DNA of 64,000 nucleotides from Hamiltosporidium tvaerminnensis FI-OER-3-3. Its lineage: Eukaryota > Fungi > Microsporidia. The translations under genes and the position numbers were made by a program. The notes under the pieces are model-generated. The model worked only from the letters and a program-made list of their open reading frames with translations, did not search any database and was not told where the DNA came from. Each line of letters begins with the position of its first letter. Positions within the stretch are counted from its first letter, which is position 1. Positions 34,875-49,255 of this stretch are shown here, piece after piece. The stretch spans positions 1,302,001 to 1,366,000 of the forward strand of contig JAKIMF020000005.1 in NCBI GenBank assembly GCA_022605425.2, in the 5' to 3' direction.

Positions 34875-37800
34875 ATTATTAAATAAATTTCTGGGCTAAA
34901 ATGCTTTTCTAAATTTTATACATTTCTTCTACCTCGTGTACCAGCATATTTCCTTATTTTAAATCCGACTCTTCATTTATGTTAATTGTCAGTTTCTTCT
35001 TGTGAAATTAGGGGTGTAATATTTTTTGTTTTTAAATGTTTGACACCATATTTGTCATTATTCGCTTCTTTTAGAGAGGGTGCTGGTTTCTTGTACATCT
35101 CGGTACTCTTAATAATGCTCTCTCCCAGCTCTCGTCAGAATTTTGTCCCGACTCAAGTCCTCTTCGTGATCAAAGATAATTGTTTCTATTGTCTTCTTAA
35201 GCACGATTAACGGAAGGTATGCCTCTTTTTTCATGGTTATTTGTATTCTTTGAACATATGTCTCATTTTATTTTGTCACAATACCGCCACAGGTCACTAC
35301 ATAAGGGATTATCTCGAAACTAAATCTATAAATAAGACCCAACTCATTGGCTAAAAAGTCATAGTTCCTAAGTTTTTCAGGTTCAGCTATTTGAAGTGAA
35401 TTTTGGGAATCGATTCCTACTTCAAATAGTGTTATATTCTTCTTCTTATCTAAAATAAATATTTCGGTTCTGTTATTACGAATTTTAACATTAGTTTTTA
35501 TCCTGCCGTCCTACCTTATCTCTGTATACAGGTTATCAAGCTTTCTTGACCTAAGAGGCTTTAATTTGTTTTGAAGAAACAAATTTATATTTTTCAGCAA
35601 TAGTAAATTTATATGTCGTACCACTTCATTGTGGCGACAGGTATGGTCATAGCCTAGGATTTCGGAACATCAAGTTGCTAGATGTTCTTCAGTTTTACCA
35701 GACTTAGCGCAGTGTAAAATCACATCATCTGCTCCAAAATACATTTCTATCCTGGATATACAAGAACACTGCTTCATCCGACGGCTGAATTTTCGCTTTA
35801 TTTAGTCACCTTGAAGAGTCACGAATACTCACAATCTCATTTTTTCTTGCATTATATAACTTTGAGTTAAGTTTTTGTTTTTATTCCGTTTTATAGTATT
35901 GCAAGTTGAACATTCTCTAAAAATCCTTCTAAATGACATCTCCTTCCTACCTATACTTTATTTTATAGAAAATTTTTATTGGTGCAAGGTGGGTTTTATT
36001 GGGATTCTCCAACTTGGGGATTGCTGCTCTTCAAGTTGATATTTCTAAACTTTTTTCCAGACAATCCAAGAGTTGTCTAAGCATATGTTCGATTCGAAAA
36101 TTAGCTTATGAAACTCTTACAAGTCCTCTTATAGGGAGGTATAATTACTCTTTGCATCCTTAGGGAAGATATATCTAATTCTTTAAAAACACCGCACGCA
36201 CGCATATTCTAACCTAGAGAAGTCAGCCGATTTAATTCGAAGTACTTCTATATTATAGTTAAAAAATTGCAGAAAATCATTTTTTAGGTCTAATTTAGCG
36301 TGACGAAGTCTTTAAGTCCTTGGTATCACCTTGCTCTGTACTTTATCAAATAAGCTACGTGTTCGATTACATCTGGTATTTTCTATAAAGTCAAGATATT
36401 CATGAGGATCGAAACCTTCTAGAACATTCGCAGTATCCATGCACATGTATCATTTGTGACTGGCTCCTCCTTATAGATTTTTAATCCAATAGCCTTTCAA
36501 AATCTTTTAGCCTCGCTTGTCATAGCTACTAATGTACAACCTCTGTACAAAAATTGTAAGATCATCATATAGCAGTGATCACTTTCTGAGAAAGAAATCA
36601 AATCATTTTGTTTTCGACTGTTTTGTGCATTTTTCATTGAGCTTTAAACATACCCAATTTATATGAAACATAAAGAACAAGTGTGAAAAACTATCGCTTG
36701 CTAAATTCCTCTTTAAATCTTCTTGCTCATGATTTTGTTAGCCCCTATTATTTATTAATAATCCATTTTGACACAATACCTTAATAAATTGCAAGATCCA
36801 ATCTGATAAAAAGGTTTTCCATGCATTAAAATTAATAAACATGATCTTTTAGATCATAAGCTTTTTTGAAATCAATCTAAGGTTATTAAGATTGTTTCGG
36901 AACTATTTATTCAAGGCTGTATTTGCTAAAGCCTAACTTTTTGGTACTTTCACCTCTTCTAACATTCTCAAATATTTTTCTAGCCAGAAACCTTCGCTTT
37001 TTCACTTCAAGTTAAACGACTTTCGTCACACACTTTGTCATTAACGAATAGAAGTTGGACATACAGAAGATTGGTCTATTCAGAGCCTCTTCATGCGATT
37101 CCTTTCGTATAAAATACGTAAGCTGGCAGCAAAACCAATCAGCTTGGGAGGTACCTTCTAAATATATGAGTTTCACAGTATCATAAAGATATTTTTGAAA
37201 AGTTGTAAGTTTCTTGATGAAAGAATTGTAAATACCAAGAATTCCAGTAGCTTGCTAATTAGTAAGCCAATTAATCATACTTACAAATTCATAAGTGAAG
37301 AAAACATGGCCGAATAATTATCTGATACAAATGGAATCAAATAATAATCACATATGATGTCTGATCATTATTGTTCCTCGTTGTAGACCAAAAACACACA
37401 ATTTCATCACGACTAACTACATGCTCAGATTCAACACGCTCAGATAAACCTTGAGAATATCGACCTCAGAAAAGCTGAAAAATATGATTCTCTCCTCAGA
37501 ATTGTTCCTTAATTTCGTACATCGTAATCTTTTTTCTCGTACACATTCAAAGACTATTTCGTTTAAACAGAAACCTCAGAAAAATCAGTTACACTGCTGA
37601 AGTTTAAATTATAGTCTCGTATGATTAGGGTTAGCCTTTTCGTTTTTCATGCAGTTAATTTTTCCTGTCTAAAAGGCCTCTCCAATAGATCTTTAAATGG
37701 TGCTAATTTAGAAATTTTACTTTCTATATTTCTCTTCCAAGCGGATCTATGCTTCTCTTTACGTATTGCTTCGTCATAACATACCTGTGCAGCTTGCATG

Positions 37801-38460
37801 ATATACGCATCGTCTATAATTGCCTCTGGTACATGAGCCCTAGCATACACCCTGACATCTTGATTAATGAGATTCAAAACTTTGCTATCTACCTATTCTT
37901 TTAGATGCTTTCTAGTTCGTACCGCCGCCTTTCTAATTTCCTTCCCCGAGGTTTCATTTATTTTATTCAACAAGTTATCTCTCGGATATATGTATTCAGT
38001 GGCGTCGATATGAAGCATTTATTAGTGATAAAGTAGCGATTCTAGGTCGCTCTCCATCTCCTTTGATTTTTCGTCCTTTCTCTATCTCACTCTGTGCAAT
38101 TTTTTTCACATTTCACAGTTACAGCGCAACTGAATTTCTTGTTATATTACCTGGGAAGCTCTGTATGGCCCTTTCTGGTATTCTTTCAAACCTTGTCTGT
38201 ACTGCAAAAAGACAATTCGAAACCATTCCTTCGAGGTAACTGTTGGGGAATCGAATATCGATTGAAATGCTATTAGCCTGTTATTTTCAGAAGCAGCTAG
38301 ATTACAGGAGTATTAATGTTGTATGATGGCTCGCACGCAGAGACTTCAACCGAAGAGGGAAGTGATGTATTGTGCGAAATATAAGGTGCAAGTCCACTAT
38401 TTTGCATTTTACGCATGATTGGCCTGGTGGTGGATGTTGATTGTTAGTTATGGAGAAATA
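34875..38460 (-). mobile_element. Old, heavily mutated near-full-length copy of the R4-clade element
   Basis: Co-linear with about 49256-52920, with many stops and indels; ORF 37647-37877 matches AYIMQAAQVCYDEA..RSAWK; degenerate 3' tail at ~34875-34900. Confidence 0.92.
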
Positions 38461-38574
38461 AGGCCATATATAATTTAGAAAAATAATTAAATTAATATTA
38501 AATAAGGATCAAACAATTTTAAAATATATAGAAAAATATAAAATATTAAAAGCACATTTTTTATAGAGTTTATT

Positions 38575-41160
38575 TTAAGACAACAGCTTCCACATTTTTT
38601 CTAAAGGTAGTTCTATCTCAATACGTTCACACACTTTTTTATAACTTCTGTCATATTCTTTCAAATTTTTCTGAGAAAAAAAATTTAAAAAATAATTTTT
38701 TGAATTTTCTTCATTTAAAACACCAAATGTTATTTCAATAAGACGGGAAACCATAGAAGTATTTCCAACGAACATTTGAAGAATATCATCGAAATTTCCC
38801 ATAACAAATGTAATGACATAATCTCTGTACTTTAAATTAGCGATACAAGAAGAAAAAATACTACATTTTATCTTGTAATTTTACCTGTTCTTTCATACTT
38901 TCACCTAAAAAAGTTTGAAACTAATTTAAATCAAAAGAAGATCCCAAAAAGATAAAGCCATCAATTTTTCATCAATAACTATACTGTCAAAGTAAATATT
39001 AAATATTTCATCGTAGAAATCTTTTGGTTTTAGTTTCATCAAAGAATTAAACATCGAAGCTCTAAACACTGGACTTACAAGAAATCTGTCCTTTTTAAAT
39101 TTCGGAAAAATTTTAAAAAAGTTTATTAAAATATTGAGATACTCGTTACTGACAGAAGAAGATATTAAAAGTACATTTATTCCGATTTCATTTTAAGATG
39201 TTCCGGGTTTTGACAAATCAACTTTCATAGCTTGTTTGGAAACACATTTTGATACTTTATTTCTAAAATATTCTTTTTTTGTTTCATTTTTTTAAAAAAA
39301 TTGATTGAAATTCATTCAATCCTTCTAAAATAGAAGAAAGTATTTCATAATTCTCTTCATCTTGAAAATACCTCACAAATGATAAAAAATCATTAAATTG
39401 AAGATTATTTGCCAATGTAAGACTAAAAAAATCATTAATAATGTTTAACCGATCCCTAGGTTCTAACAATTTTTCTTCTAACATTCCATTTATTTTATAA
39501 AGAAGATCTTCATTACATAGAACTCTATAAAAACCATAGGCACCATAATTTACCTTGGGATAGTTTTTAAAATCACTCATCCCTAAAATATCTTTTTTAT
39601 TTTTCAGTGCGACTAACATACTTTTTTTGCCTTCATATTCAATTCTAATTGGAATAAACTACAGAGTTTGATTTTTCTCTTTTATGTTGGCATTATTTAA
39701 ATAAAATCTTTCTTGTGTTAACTTCAGATGATTTTCATCTACCACTTCTACAGAAATATAAGGAAATTCTTCATTAATTGTCCATTGATCCATCATTTTT
39801 TTAACATCAGTGACCCCTTCTATATTTTCAGAAAGAGACAGCCATAAGTCATTCGTCGTTGCATTTCGATATTAAAATTTTTTCAAGATAATTTTGAATA
39901 GCATTTTTAAAATTTTCCCGTCCCACATAATTTTCTAACATCCTTATAAGAGAAGCTCCTTTAAAATAAGAAATTCCATCAAAAATTTGATTTATATCGT
40001 TAGGATTGAAAACAGGGACCACAATCGCGTTCTTAGATTGTAAAGAATCATAGGACATACTTGCTTCTACATCCTCAGAAAAAAAGATGTCCAAACATCC
40101 CAATCTATTAATTCTCTACTCAAATTACTGCCCCCAAAGCAGCAGCCCAGGTAGCAAACCCTTCTTTCAACCACAAATCATTCCACTATTTCATAGTAAC
40201 AAGATTTCCAAACCATTGATGTGCCAATTCATGATAGACAGTTTCCGCGACTCTTTTCTTTGTTTGAATGGCACTGTTATTTTCATCCTAAAGTAAAGAA
40301 CTCATTCGATAAGTAATTAAACCCCAATTTTCCATCGCACCCATACTAAATTCAGGAACAGCCAACATATCCAATTTATCCATCAGATATTTTATAAAAA
40401 ATATGATTCAAAGAAAGTCAAACACTCACTACAAACATTTCAAGAAAATTTACCGCTTTCTATATTATAACCCTTTGGTATATAAACTCTTATTTTCACG
40501 CCATTTTTACTTTCTGTTTCAATAAATTCTAAATTTCCAATGGCAAAGGCAACAAGATAGGTTGACATTTTAGGCTTCTGATTGAAAAACACTGTTTTAA
40601 AATTTTCATTTATTTCTTCTGTTTTAACACTCATATTACTGAGGCATGTTAATTCTTTAGAATGTGTAATTTTTATATTAAAAGTTGCTTTCATATCAGG
40701 TTGGTCAAAACAAGGAAATGCTTGTCTTGCAGCTGTTGGTTCAAAGTGACTGGAAAGTAAAATGGATTTTTTATCTTTAATGGTGCAATTACCAATGTAA
40801 AATCCATTTATGTTGGTTTTTAGAGTTCTCGTGAAGCCTATTTCAAGTTTAATGATGCTTGGTTCAATGATTTGTGGAAATTTAAGAATCGCTTTTTCTT
40901 CCTTATGATTCTATTTTATAAATCCATCAATAAAATTATTGTTTATATAAGCTTTTGCAGAAACAATTTTTATGTAGCATATATTTACATAGAGTGTATT
41001 CGTTGGTTGAGTAATCTGAACGTCGATTGATTCCCATCCAGTGTATTTAAGTGTTTCAGGTTCTGTTGTTATATGTAGGTCGTAATTGATAGGATATACA
41101 GTGTATGGCAATATATTCTTTTGTATCAAACGGCTTTTTCTTCGGTTTTAATATTTACAT
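38575..41160 (-). pseudogene. M1-family (puromycin-sensitive-like) aminopeptidase pseudogene
   Basis: [83 protein letters not shown]; several stops and frameshifts. Confidence 0.93.
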
Positions 41161-42155
41161 TTGAATAAATTATTTTACTTAATATATGATTAAAAAAGAA
41201 CTAGAATCACTTAAGAGTTGTTTAATTACAAATTAATATTAGAATATTGCTTGCCTAATTGTTTTTCATTCCTATAAACTATATATTAGATTTTCTTAAG
41301 TGTTTGAATCGATTGTTTAATAATACTATATAACATAAGGAAGTTAAATAAAATTTAAATCATTTAAAATCATTTTAAACTTTATTCTCGCAAGTTAAAT
41401 AGTAAATTTGATTCTAGTCTAAAAATTAGTGGCTGATTTTACATGATAATGTATTTTTCAAGATCTAAAACAAATTTGAATTTTAAAATAAGCATCTTAT
41501 GCTACAAACCAAGTATATCAATGGATATAAGCTCCAATTTCACTAGAATTCTAAGTTAATAAAATTATTTCTATTTGAAATCAAATACTTTTCAAGTTTG
41601 AACGTACTAATTTATTTTAATCTACATATTATACACCACTTTTTTCTATTTTAAAGCTTTCTGGCGAAAAAATTGAATATAATTTTATAGAACTTGAAAT
41701 TATATTATTGTTATTATATTTAATTGCTTAGCTTAAATAAACATTGAGTAGTTTCTAAACATTTATGTAGGTTTTTATTTTTTGATTCAACATAGTATCC
41801 TTCATATATATTACAAAAATATATTATACGAAATAACTATAAGTTTCTTCTATATTTTTACATTTTTATACATATTTATGAGATTTAGAATCAAATAAAA
41901 CCTTAGTTGATATTAGCACAATTATAGCTTTACTTAAATTTAAAATACATCACTTTAACCGTTAGCAGCTTTAATAATATTCTAAATATTTGTACTTTTT
42001 CTACGTGATTCTAGTAATTTATTCCCAAAATACCAAATCAAATTTAGTTTCTAAATTAATATTTCATGTAAAATTAAGAACAAATAAGCAGTTGAATGAA
42101 ATATGTATAAGAATGATCAATTTTTACATCTAAATAAAGATCACAGTTAAAAAAA

Positions 42156-42533
42156 TTTAGTTAATAAAATTCTGGGTTAAAATATTTTTAACATTTTTAT
42201 ATGTTTTCTTCTACCTCTTTAACCACTTTTGTCTCTTCTTCCAAATCCGACTCTTCATTTATGTTATTGGTCGGTTCCTCCAAAGTGGTTCCTCCTTGTG
42301 AAATAAGGGTTGTATTATTTTTTGTTTAAAAATATTTAACATATCTTCATCCTTACTCGCTTGTTTTAAAGGAGGTGTTGGTTCATCATGCATCTCTCCT
42401 CTCATAATAACACCCATTGACGCTCTCTTCGACATTTAGTTCTGCCTCATGTCCTCTTCGTCGATCAAAGGAAATTGTTTAGACCCTCTTCTTAACTACT
42501 ATAGACTGAATGTATGCCTCTAAATTCATAGGT
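42156..42533 (-). mobile_element. 5'-truncated 3' fragment of the R4-clade element
   Basis: TTAATAAAATTCTGGGTTAA tail followed by homology to 49260-49640. Confidence 0.92.
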
Positions 42534-44412
42534 AGGATTTCCTTTAATATATCGTATATTAACCAAATTATTTTCTTTGTTTCAGGTTAATCTATAATTT
42601 TTTTCACTCCCTTATCACCGGATTTCTTAAAAAATCTTTAATTTATTTTGCGAGATATAAAATTTATTTGATTCTTTATAACATCTCATAAAAATAATTT
42701 AATTTCACATATCTATATAAAAAAATCTCACCTCAATATTCCTATTATGAATGTATTTTGATTTTTGACTATTTATATTTTTAATTTAGCTACATTAAAG
42801 GTGTAAATTCAATCGAAACCAAAATAACGATGTTTTTAAAATTCAAAGTTTTACATAAGAGATGTATAACAATAAATATATTTTATTAAGAAAAATGTTT
42901 TTTGTTGATTAAAATTTTTCTAATTAGCAATTTTTCGAATCCTAAAATTTTTCTTAGAAAATTCGCATTTATAAGTGACAAGAAGTTTATAATTTAAAAA
43001 ATTAGAAAATAAATATAGTCTAAGAATTTGCAATCGGTTTTGCTATAAAAACATAGATAATAATAAAAAAAATATAAGTATTTATTTATCTTGCTTTCAT
43101 TTAAATTTTTTTAAGTTTGATTTAACATACAAAACAAAAATTTATTTTTACTTTTGTATACAACTTTGAAAATCAAACGAGTATAAAATCATCTTTTTAG
43201 CTAAATTTAAAATCTAACACAATATATTCAAGTAAAGTCATTTTAAAATGTTCGTTTTAGTATTATTCAGTCGATATTTTCCATCAAATATAATGTTCTA
43301 TATTAATATTTTAAGAACGTTTTAAAAAAACATCTGCTCTTGTTCAAAAATATTATTATACTTAATTGAATTTTATATGGCTTCCACATAATGTATGAGA
43401 TGATTTTATTCTCATTTAAGCTTTGCGCGGTTTTATTTACATATAGGAGAATTGCCAATAAATTATTAATTTGAACAACCGTTTACATTTCGTCTAAAAT
43501 AATAATTATGGTTTGAAGATTCGATCATTATCTAAGACAATACTTTTATAATAACCTTCAAACATCTTTCTTTGATCAGTAGTCTCATTAAACTCAATGA
43601 AATTTTATAGTAAGAAAATTTGTATGAAACATCTATATATTTATTTAATTCCATTTTAAGCTTATTTCTTGATATGCTTCATCGGTTTTAACCGCTTTTT
43701 CACTCTCTTTGATATTTGGCTCATTTATAATGATTTAATCAAATCTTCCTTTAAACTTGTATTATACAAAACCGTAAGTCCGATATTTGCCTTGATGTTA
43801 GCTTTATACCTTCTTCTCTCTTGTAATATATTCTTTATTCGGAAACTAACAACAGAAATCCTTCGGATACAATATGCTATTATGTAATACATTTCCAGAC
43901 TCTAATACCCATTTATTATTGCCCGATTCTCTCACCGATAAAACGGATAATTTTGGGCTCTTTTGTAGTGAATAAACGCCATGTCCATCTATTATATGAG
44001 TATATGTGTCCGGTAAAATTCATCCTATGTTATTCTGCGCCGATATCAGCTCAGTTAATCATGGAATATAAGATTAATACAAAACCATAAACAAGACCCA
44101 TTAGTTTGCCACAAATACATCCCATTTTTTCATTTCCACAATTAGCAGAAGCAGCAAAAAAGAAATGTGCCCTAAAAAATTCGACTCATATTATATTTCT
44201 TCTCTAGATTTATGTCTTCAGTCAAAGATTATAAAATCATCATAATTCAAAAATTCAATTCTTATCTTTAGAAGATTTTAAAATGAAACGATGAATTTTA
44301 AATAGCAAATAGTTTTTAAACAACAACAAAGATGAAAAAGTTTTTATAAATATTGCTTCACTTAAATTTGATTTATCAAAATCAAATTTAATTATTTTAA
44401 TTTAATAACATC

Positions 44413-46668
44413 CTAACGTGGTGTGTAAAGATCATATTTCTGATCATTTACAATGAAAATTTCCAGTTTAACAAATTTAGCTAAATATAAATTCACCGCT
44501 GCCACATTTGTTTCTGTTTCATCGTAAATTTTTAACATAACCAAAGTATCCTTAATAACACCTTCAATCAAATTATAATATATTTGAAGAAGATTTTTTT
44601 GCGTATGAATCAGTATTAAAGAACTAATTTTTAATTTAGAAATATACCTAAGATCATCTTCGCTTAAAGAACAATATTCAATATGGATAGATCCAATAAT
44701 TCTATCAGGAGATATAAGACCAAAAATTAATTTGAAGTTTGAATCAAACGACACTTTATAAAATATTAAATTTACTAATTTAGGCATCTTACAAAAAATA
44801 TCATATTCTTCTATATCAAAACTATAATCCCCTATTTTTAATGTCTGGATAGTTTCAATAAGTTTACTCCTATAAAGTTCTATCAATGACTTGTTCGGAA
44901 TACTTAAAAATCTAAGGTCTAAAGTTTTGAGTTGATTTAACGTTAAAAGACGATCGAATATAAATCTGTTTCCCTCATTTGAATGTATACAAATTTCCTC
45001 GATACTATTAAAAATATTCGATTCTATCAATTTGCAAAAATCATTTTCCAAACTCAAATAAACACTAGCGTTTAAATATTCTAAACTTCTAGAAAATTTT
45101 AGATTCTTAAAAAAACAAGAAGTAAGAAATTCCTCCACATTAGGAATATTCAAATGCTTTATTTTTTTTAAAAAGGTATTTCTTCGATTTGGAACAGGCA
45201 TTTCAGAAACATATTTTGCGTTTACGATTGAGATTATTTCCAAACAAGAAAATCCCCACAATAATCTAAGAAAGGAGAGATCATATTGGCAGTCTGAAAC
45301 ATAAAAATTCTTACATTTTTTAAAGATGGAATATTTAAATCTCTCTTTGAACACTATATTTGAAAATATGCAATTATCAAAAAGAAGGGTCACTATATTC
45401 GAATTCAAAACAGATTCTAAATTCTCCGAAGTAATCTCCATATTACGCAGTCTTAATTCTTGTAAAAATTTTGGAATTTGAGTAAAAACAAACGGCATAT
45501 GTTTTTCGAAACGGTTATACGCTAAATATAAATGTTTTAAACACTTAAATGTATTTAAATCGTTGCAGATTTCAGAATCTGTAGAAATAATATCTGTCAA
45601 TATGCTTTCTAAACAATTTTTATAAATACTACCATCTATGAAAGAAAAAAATTGTTTCATTGTATTAAAACAGTCTCTAATTCTTGGTTGATCATCCTTC
45701 AAAATTAGTAGCAAGCTTATATTAGATTCATAGTTCTTTAAAATACACTTATAATTTCGAAATAATCTAAGAGAATTTATATTATTAATCGAAAATATTA
45801 GGTCAAATAAATTTCTAAGATATTGGTTATTCAAACCAGACATTATAGAATTCATAACATGTGCATCAAGACTTAAATGATACGATTCAAAATAATTTAT
45901 ATTTGATTTTCTATGAGTGTGAATTTCAATACCGTTTGTGTAAAGTGTGATGTAATTTTTTTTGGAAATCGCCTGAAGATTTAATTTTTCAAACAGACGC
46001 AATAAAAGATGCAAGCAAAATTCAATATTAAAAAGCGATCTAAATTTTATAGCCAGATTTTCAATTTCATCTCTATTGAGACTATTCGATATACCATCCT
46101 TTAGCAAAGAGAAAACAACGTATGAGTAATCGGTATTCTTTTTTGGGATAAAAAAATCAAATAAACCCAAAATAGCTATAAATTCACTCATGTTGAGTAT
46201 TCTTTCGCGTTTCATAAATCCGAAGCCCGTAATTGAATTCAAAAAGATAAGAAACGATTCCATTGAAATATATTCCTCTAAATAGATCGGATTTCGGATA
46301 AAATTATTGTTATTAAAATATTCATCAATAAAATCAAAATATACCTTGAAGTTGTTATGATATTTTATGCAAAGTTGAATAATAATCAGTTTATATTTCG
46401 AAATTTTTATTTTCTTAGATTTTTTCGAATTCGACAAACGAATACATTTATATTTTACAAATTCATTGGCATCGATGATTCTGATTTTATATTCTATTCC
46501 ATTTAAACATCTGAGCAGTTTTACATTTGAACTCAACTTAAACGCTATCCACAAATCGTTGCCACATATTATATTTGAGAAGTAAAAAATTACATTCAAA
46601 TGTATAATTTTGCCCAAAAAATTTGAATTGAAAGCTTTTAAACAATTAAAGGCATGCAAAAAATTCAT
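44413..46668 (-). CDS. Large LRR-like protein, probably from a lineage-expanded family
   Basis: 751-aa ORF; degenerate LxxLxL repeats in the C-terminal half (LKHLYL, LQELRL, LKTLDL, IQTLKI); hydrophobic N-terminal segment; CCC directly before ATG. Confidence 0.75.
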   Translation of the reverse strand: MNFLHAFNCLKAFNSNFLGKIIHLNVIFYFSNIICGNDLWIAFKLSSNVKLLRCLNGIEYKIRIIDANEFVKYKCIRLSNSKKSKKIKISKYKLIIIQLCIKYHNNFKVYFDFIDEYFNNNNFIRNPIYLEEYISMESFLIFLNSITGFGFMKRERILNMSEFIAILGLFDFFIPKKNTDYSYVVFSLLKDGISNSLNRDEIENLAIKFRSLFNIEFCLHLLLRLFEKLNLQAISKKNYITLYTNGIEIHTHRKSNINYFESYHLSLDAHVMNSIMSGLNNQYLRNLFDLIFSINNINSLRLFRNYKCILKNYESNISLLLILKDDQPRIRDCFNTMKQFFSFIDGSIYKNCLESILTDIISTDSEICNDLNTFKCLKHLYLAYNRFEKHMPFVFTQIPKFLQELRLRNMEITSENLESVLNSNIVTLLFDNCIFSNIVFKERFKYSIFKKCKNFYVSDCQYDLSFLRLLWGFSCLEIISIVNAKYVSEMPVPNRRNTFLKKIKHLNIPNVEEFLTSCFFKNLKFSRSLEYLNASVYLSLENDFCKLIESNIFNSIEEICIHSNEGNRFIFDRLLTLNQLKTLDLRFLSIPNKSLIELYRSKLIETIQTLKIGDYSFDIEEYDIFCKMPKLVNLIFYKVSFDSNFKLIFGLISPDRIIGSIHIEYCSLSEDDLRYISKLKISSLILIHTQKNLLQIYYNLIEGVIKDTLVMLKIYDETETNVAAVNLYLAKFVKLEIFIVNDQKYDLYTPR

Positions 46669-49255
46669 GGGCTTTATTTAAAGCGTTTTTTAAATATGAA
46701 TAAATTTTTGTTTAATAATTTTGAATGTATAATTTATCCAATATCGGGATATTTTAGAGAATTTTTAAAAATTACTTTCCTCATATTGCAAAAAATAATC
46801 AACATATTAAACAGAAGCACTCAATTTTTAAGAAAAAATCTAAAATTTATTTGAAACATAATTTAATCTTAGAAATCGATTTTATGTGATAATAAAGCTT
46901 GAAAAATTGTGTTAAAATACAAAATACCAACTCAATTTTAAAACTTATTAAAATCAAATAAATATATAATAGTTATAACTTTGCAATTACTGCATATATC
47001 TTTTAATTATAATAAAGTCTCTATTAAATATATGATCTAAATGAAAAACGAAATTTTTTTGACTTTTTTGTTGGTCTGAAATTAAAATTTTTTTGAAAAA
47101 AATAATAATTTTTAAGGCCACTAAGCAGCCATTAAACCATGTTACAAAAATACTTAGAGTGAAAAGTAAAAGCTAATATTATCGTGGCTTGGTTTATCAG
47201 GTTGGAATTTCGATGAAAACCGGGAAAAAATTGCAGGAATTTTTCCAATTTTACCATAAATAGCTAAATTGTTTTATTTTCATATATATAGAAAAATCTT
47301 ATTAGATGTCGTAGTTTATATTGACTCCCCCTGCTAAAATTTACCGCGGCCAGAGGTACAATAAGCAGATCATCACATGTGCTAAATCTTATGGAGTCTG
47401 AAAAGAAGAGTCGTAGTTATGTTTTTTGCTAGGAATTTACTTTTTTGGTGGAAATTAAAGATTTTAATATATTAAAAAAAGAAAATTAGAAGAAAAAATT
47501 ATAAAAATAGCAAAACTAATTTAAAAAAAAATAAAAATGAAATTATAAAAAAATTTAAAAGAAAAGAAATCCAAAAAATAATTTCAAAAAAAAGTATCAC
47601 GAAATAAAAAAAATGTCAAAGTATTTTTCCTCAATTCGTATTTTATATGCTTGCTTTCTCAGACGTTTTTTGCTTTCCTTTTAAAATTTAACACCTTTAA
47701 CTTTTAATCTAAAAATCTAAAAGTATAAAAATTTTAAAAAATAAAGAATATAAGACCTAAGTTGCTAAAATACACGTTAAATTAAAGATTTCGAAAAAGA
47801 GTTTTTACCCTAATTGACCAAAGTTACAAGAAAAAGTATTCAAGAATAGGACAAAATAAAATAGAGGGGGGACAAAATAATATAACAAGAAAAAATTACG
47901 TGCATTTTTAGTACGAAAATCTTCCAAAAGCGAGCATATAGAATATTAAAATATAATTAAAACGGTGGAAATTTTTAAATTTTTATTTTTAAAAAGAAAA
48001 AATTGGTGTAAGTCCGAGGAGATGGCATTTCATCATAGTTTTTTTTTTGATTTTGAACATGGAAGCAAGATTAAATACGACTGTAAATATATCCAATTTA
48101 TGTAATATACAGTCTAGAATTTTAAACGCAGCCTACCTTGAGTTTTACATTGATGATTTTTCTTTAAAATTAACTTGTACAACAATCATTCTACTTAAAA
48201 CTATTGTTAAAACCATGTTTGTCTGTGACGTTTTTATTTCACCCATAAATTTTCATCGTATGTGTATAATACTCGATACAAAACAAAATTTGTTGAGTTG
48301 TTGCACAATCACAAGCATAATCATGAGTCTCTAAAATAATGATAGGTATGAATGATGGTTATCAGAGTTACTGTACTTAATAAAGGGATGGAAGTATAAA
48401 CAGCGTTTTAAATCCACCTAAAGTTCTATTTTGAACAATTTGACAAGAACTTCTTTGTTATTCTAGAAAAAGCTTCAAACACTCATTGTTGATCAATAAG
48501 AAAACCTCTATTATAGATTCTCCTGCTCATAGCTGTTAAGTGTTTTTTTACTATTTTTCCAGGTTTACCAATTTTTTTACAAGATTAAATGCAATTTTTC
48601 AGTATTAACGAACACAAGCTCTTAGTAGAGTCTGCTATGATTTCACCTGAAAATATATGCATTGATCTGTTTGATTATATGGAAATTGATATTTGAATCA
48701 TCAAGAATATCAATTATATTAGGAATTTGAATTTTTGAGTTTTCAATTATATTGAAACAACATCCTTATGTTTTTAATCAGAAAAGCACGGCTGAAATGA
48801 ACATTTTCTACAGAAAAAATTGTCGGTTTGGATTTGTATTTCAAGCATAACATATATTATCCAACTCTTGTTTTTCTAATAGAAATTTTTCTTTAAGTTA
48901 CTGTCATTTTTTAATTGGCATTTTGGAGATTTTGACAAATAGCTCTTTGCCGTTACAAAGTATCATATGAATAGAAAGATTAATTACGTTTGAGATGGAA
49001 AATTTTAAGGCTAAATTTAAATATCTATTTAACCTGTGTATATTTTATGTTTTAATTCGTTCATTTATATTTGCAATTTAAAGATTCAAATATAAAAAAT
49101 TCTTCAGGCTTTCATCGAAGGTTAACCCGATTATTTGAACTTAAATGTAATTTATAAATATTCTCTTTATAGTTCTCGCTTGATTAAACAAATTTTATTT
49201 ATTGAGAAAATATTTTTCTAAGCAAAAATAATAATTACTTGTCAGCTTTTGCAAA

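Noticed and set aside
15783-47333. Inverted hAT-like TIR words CAGGGGAGTCCAATAT (15783) and CAGGGGGAGTCAATAT (47333, minus) as ends of one 31-kb element
   Set aside because: No matching TSD and the interval contains housekeeping genes; at most two unrelated remnant ends
48000-49000. Possible DNA-transposase remnants (also 15800-16500, 57200-57560, 61100-62150)
   Set aside because: Only vague motif resemblance and no paired TIR/TSD; needs tBLASTx
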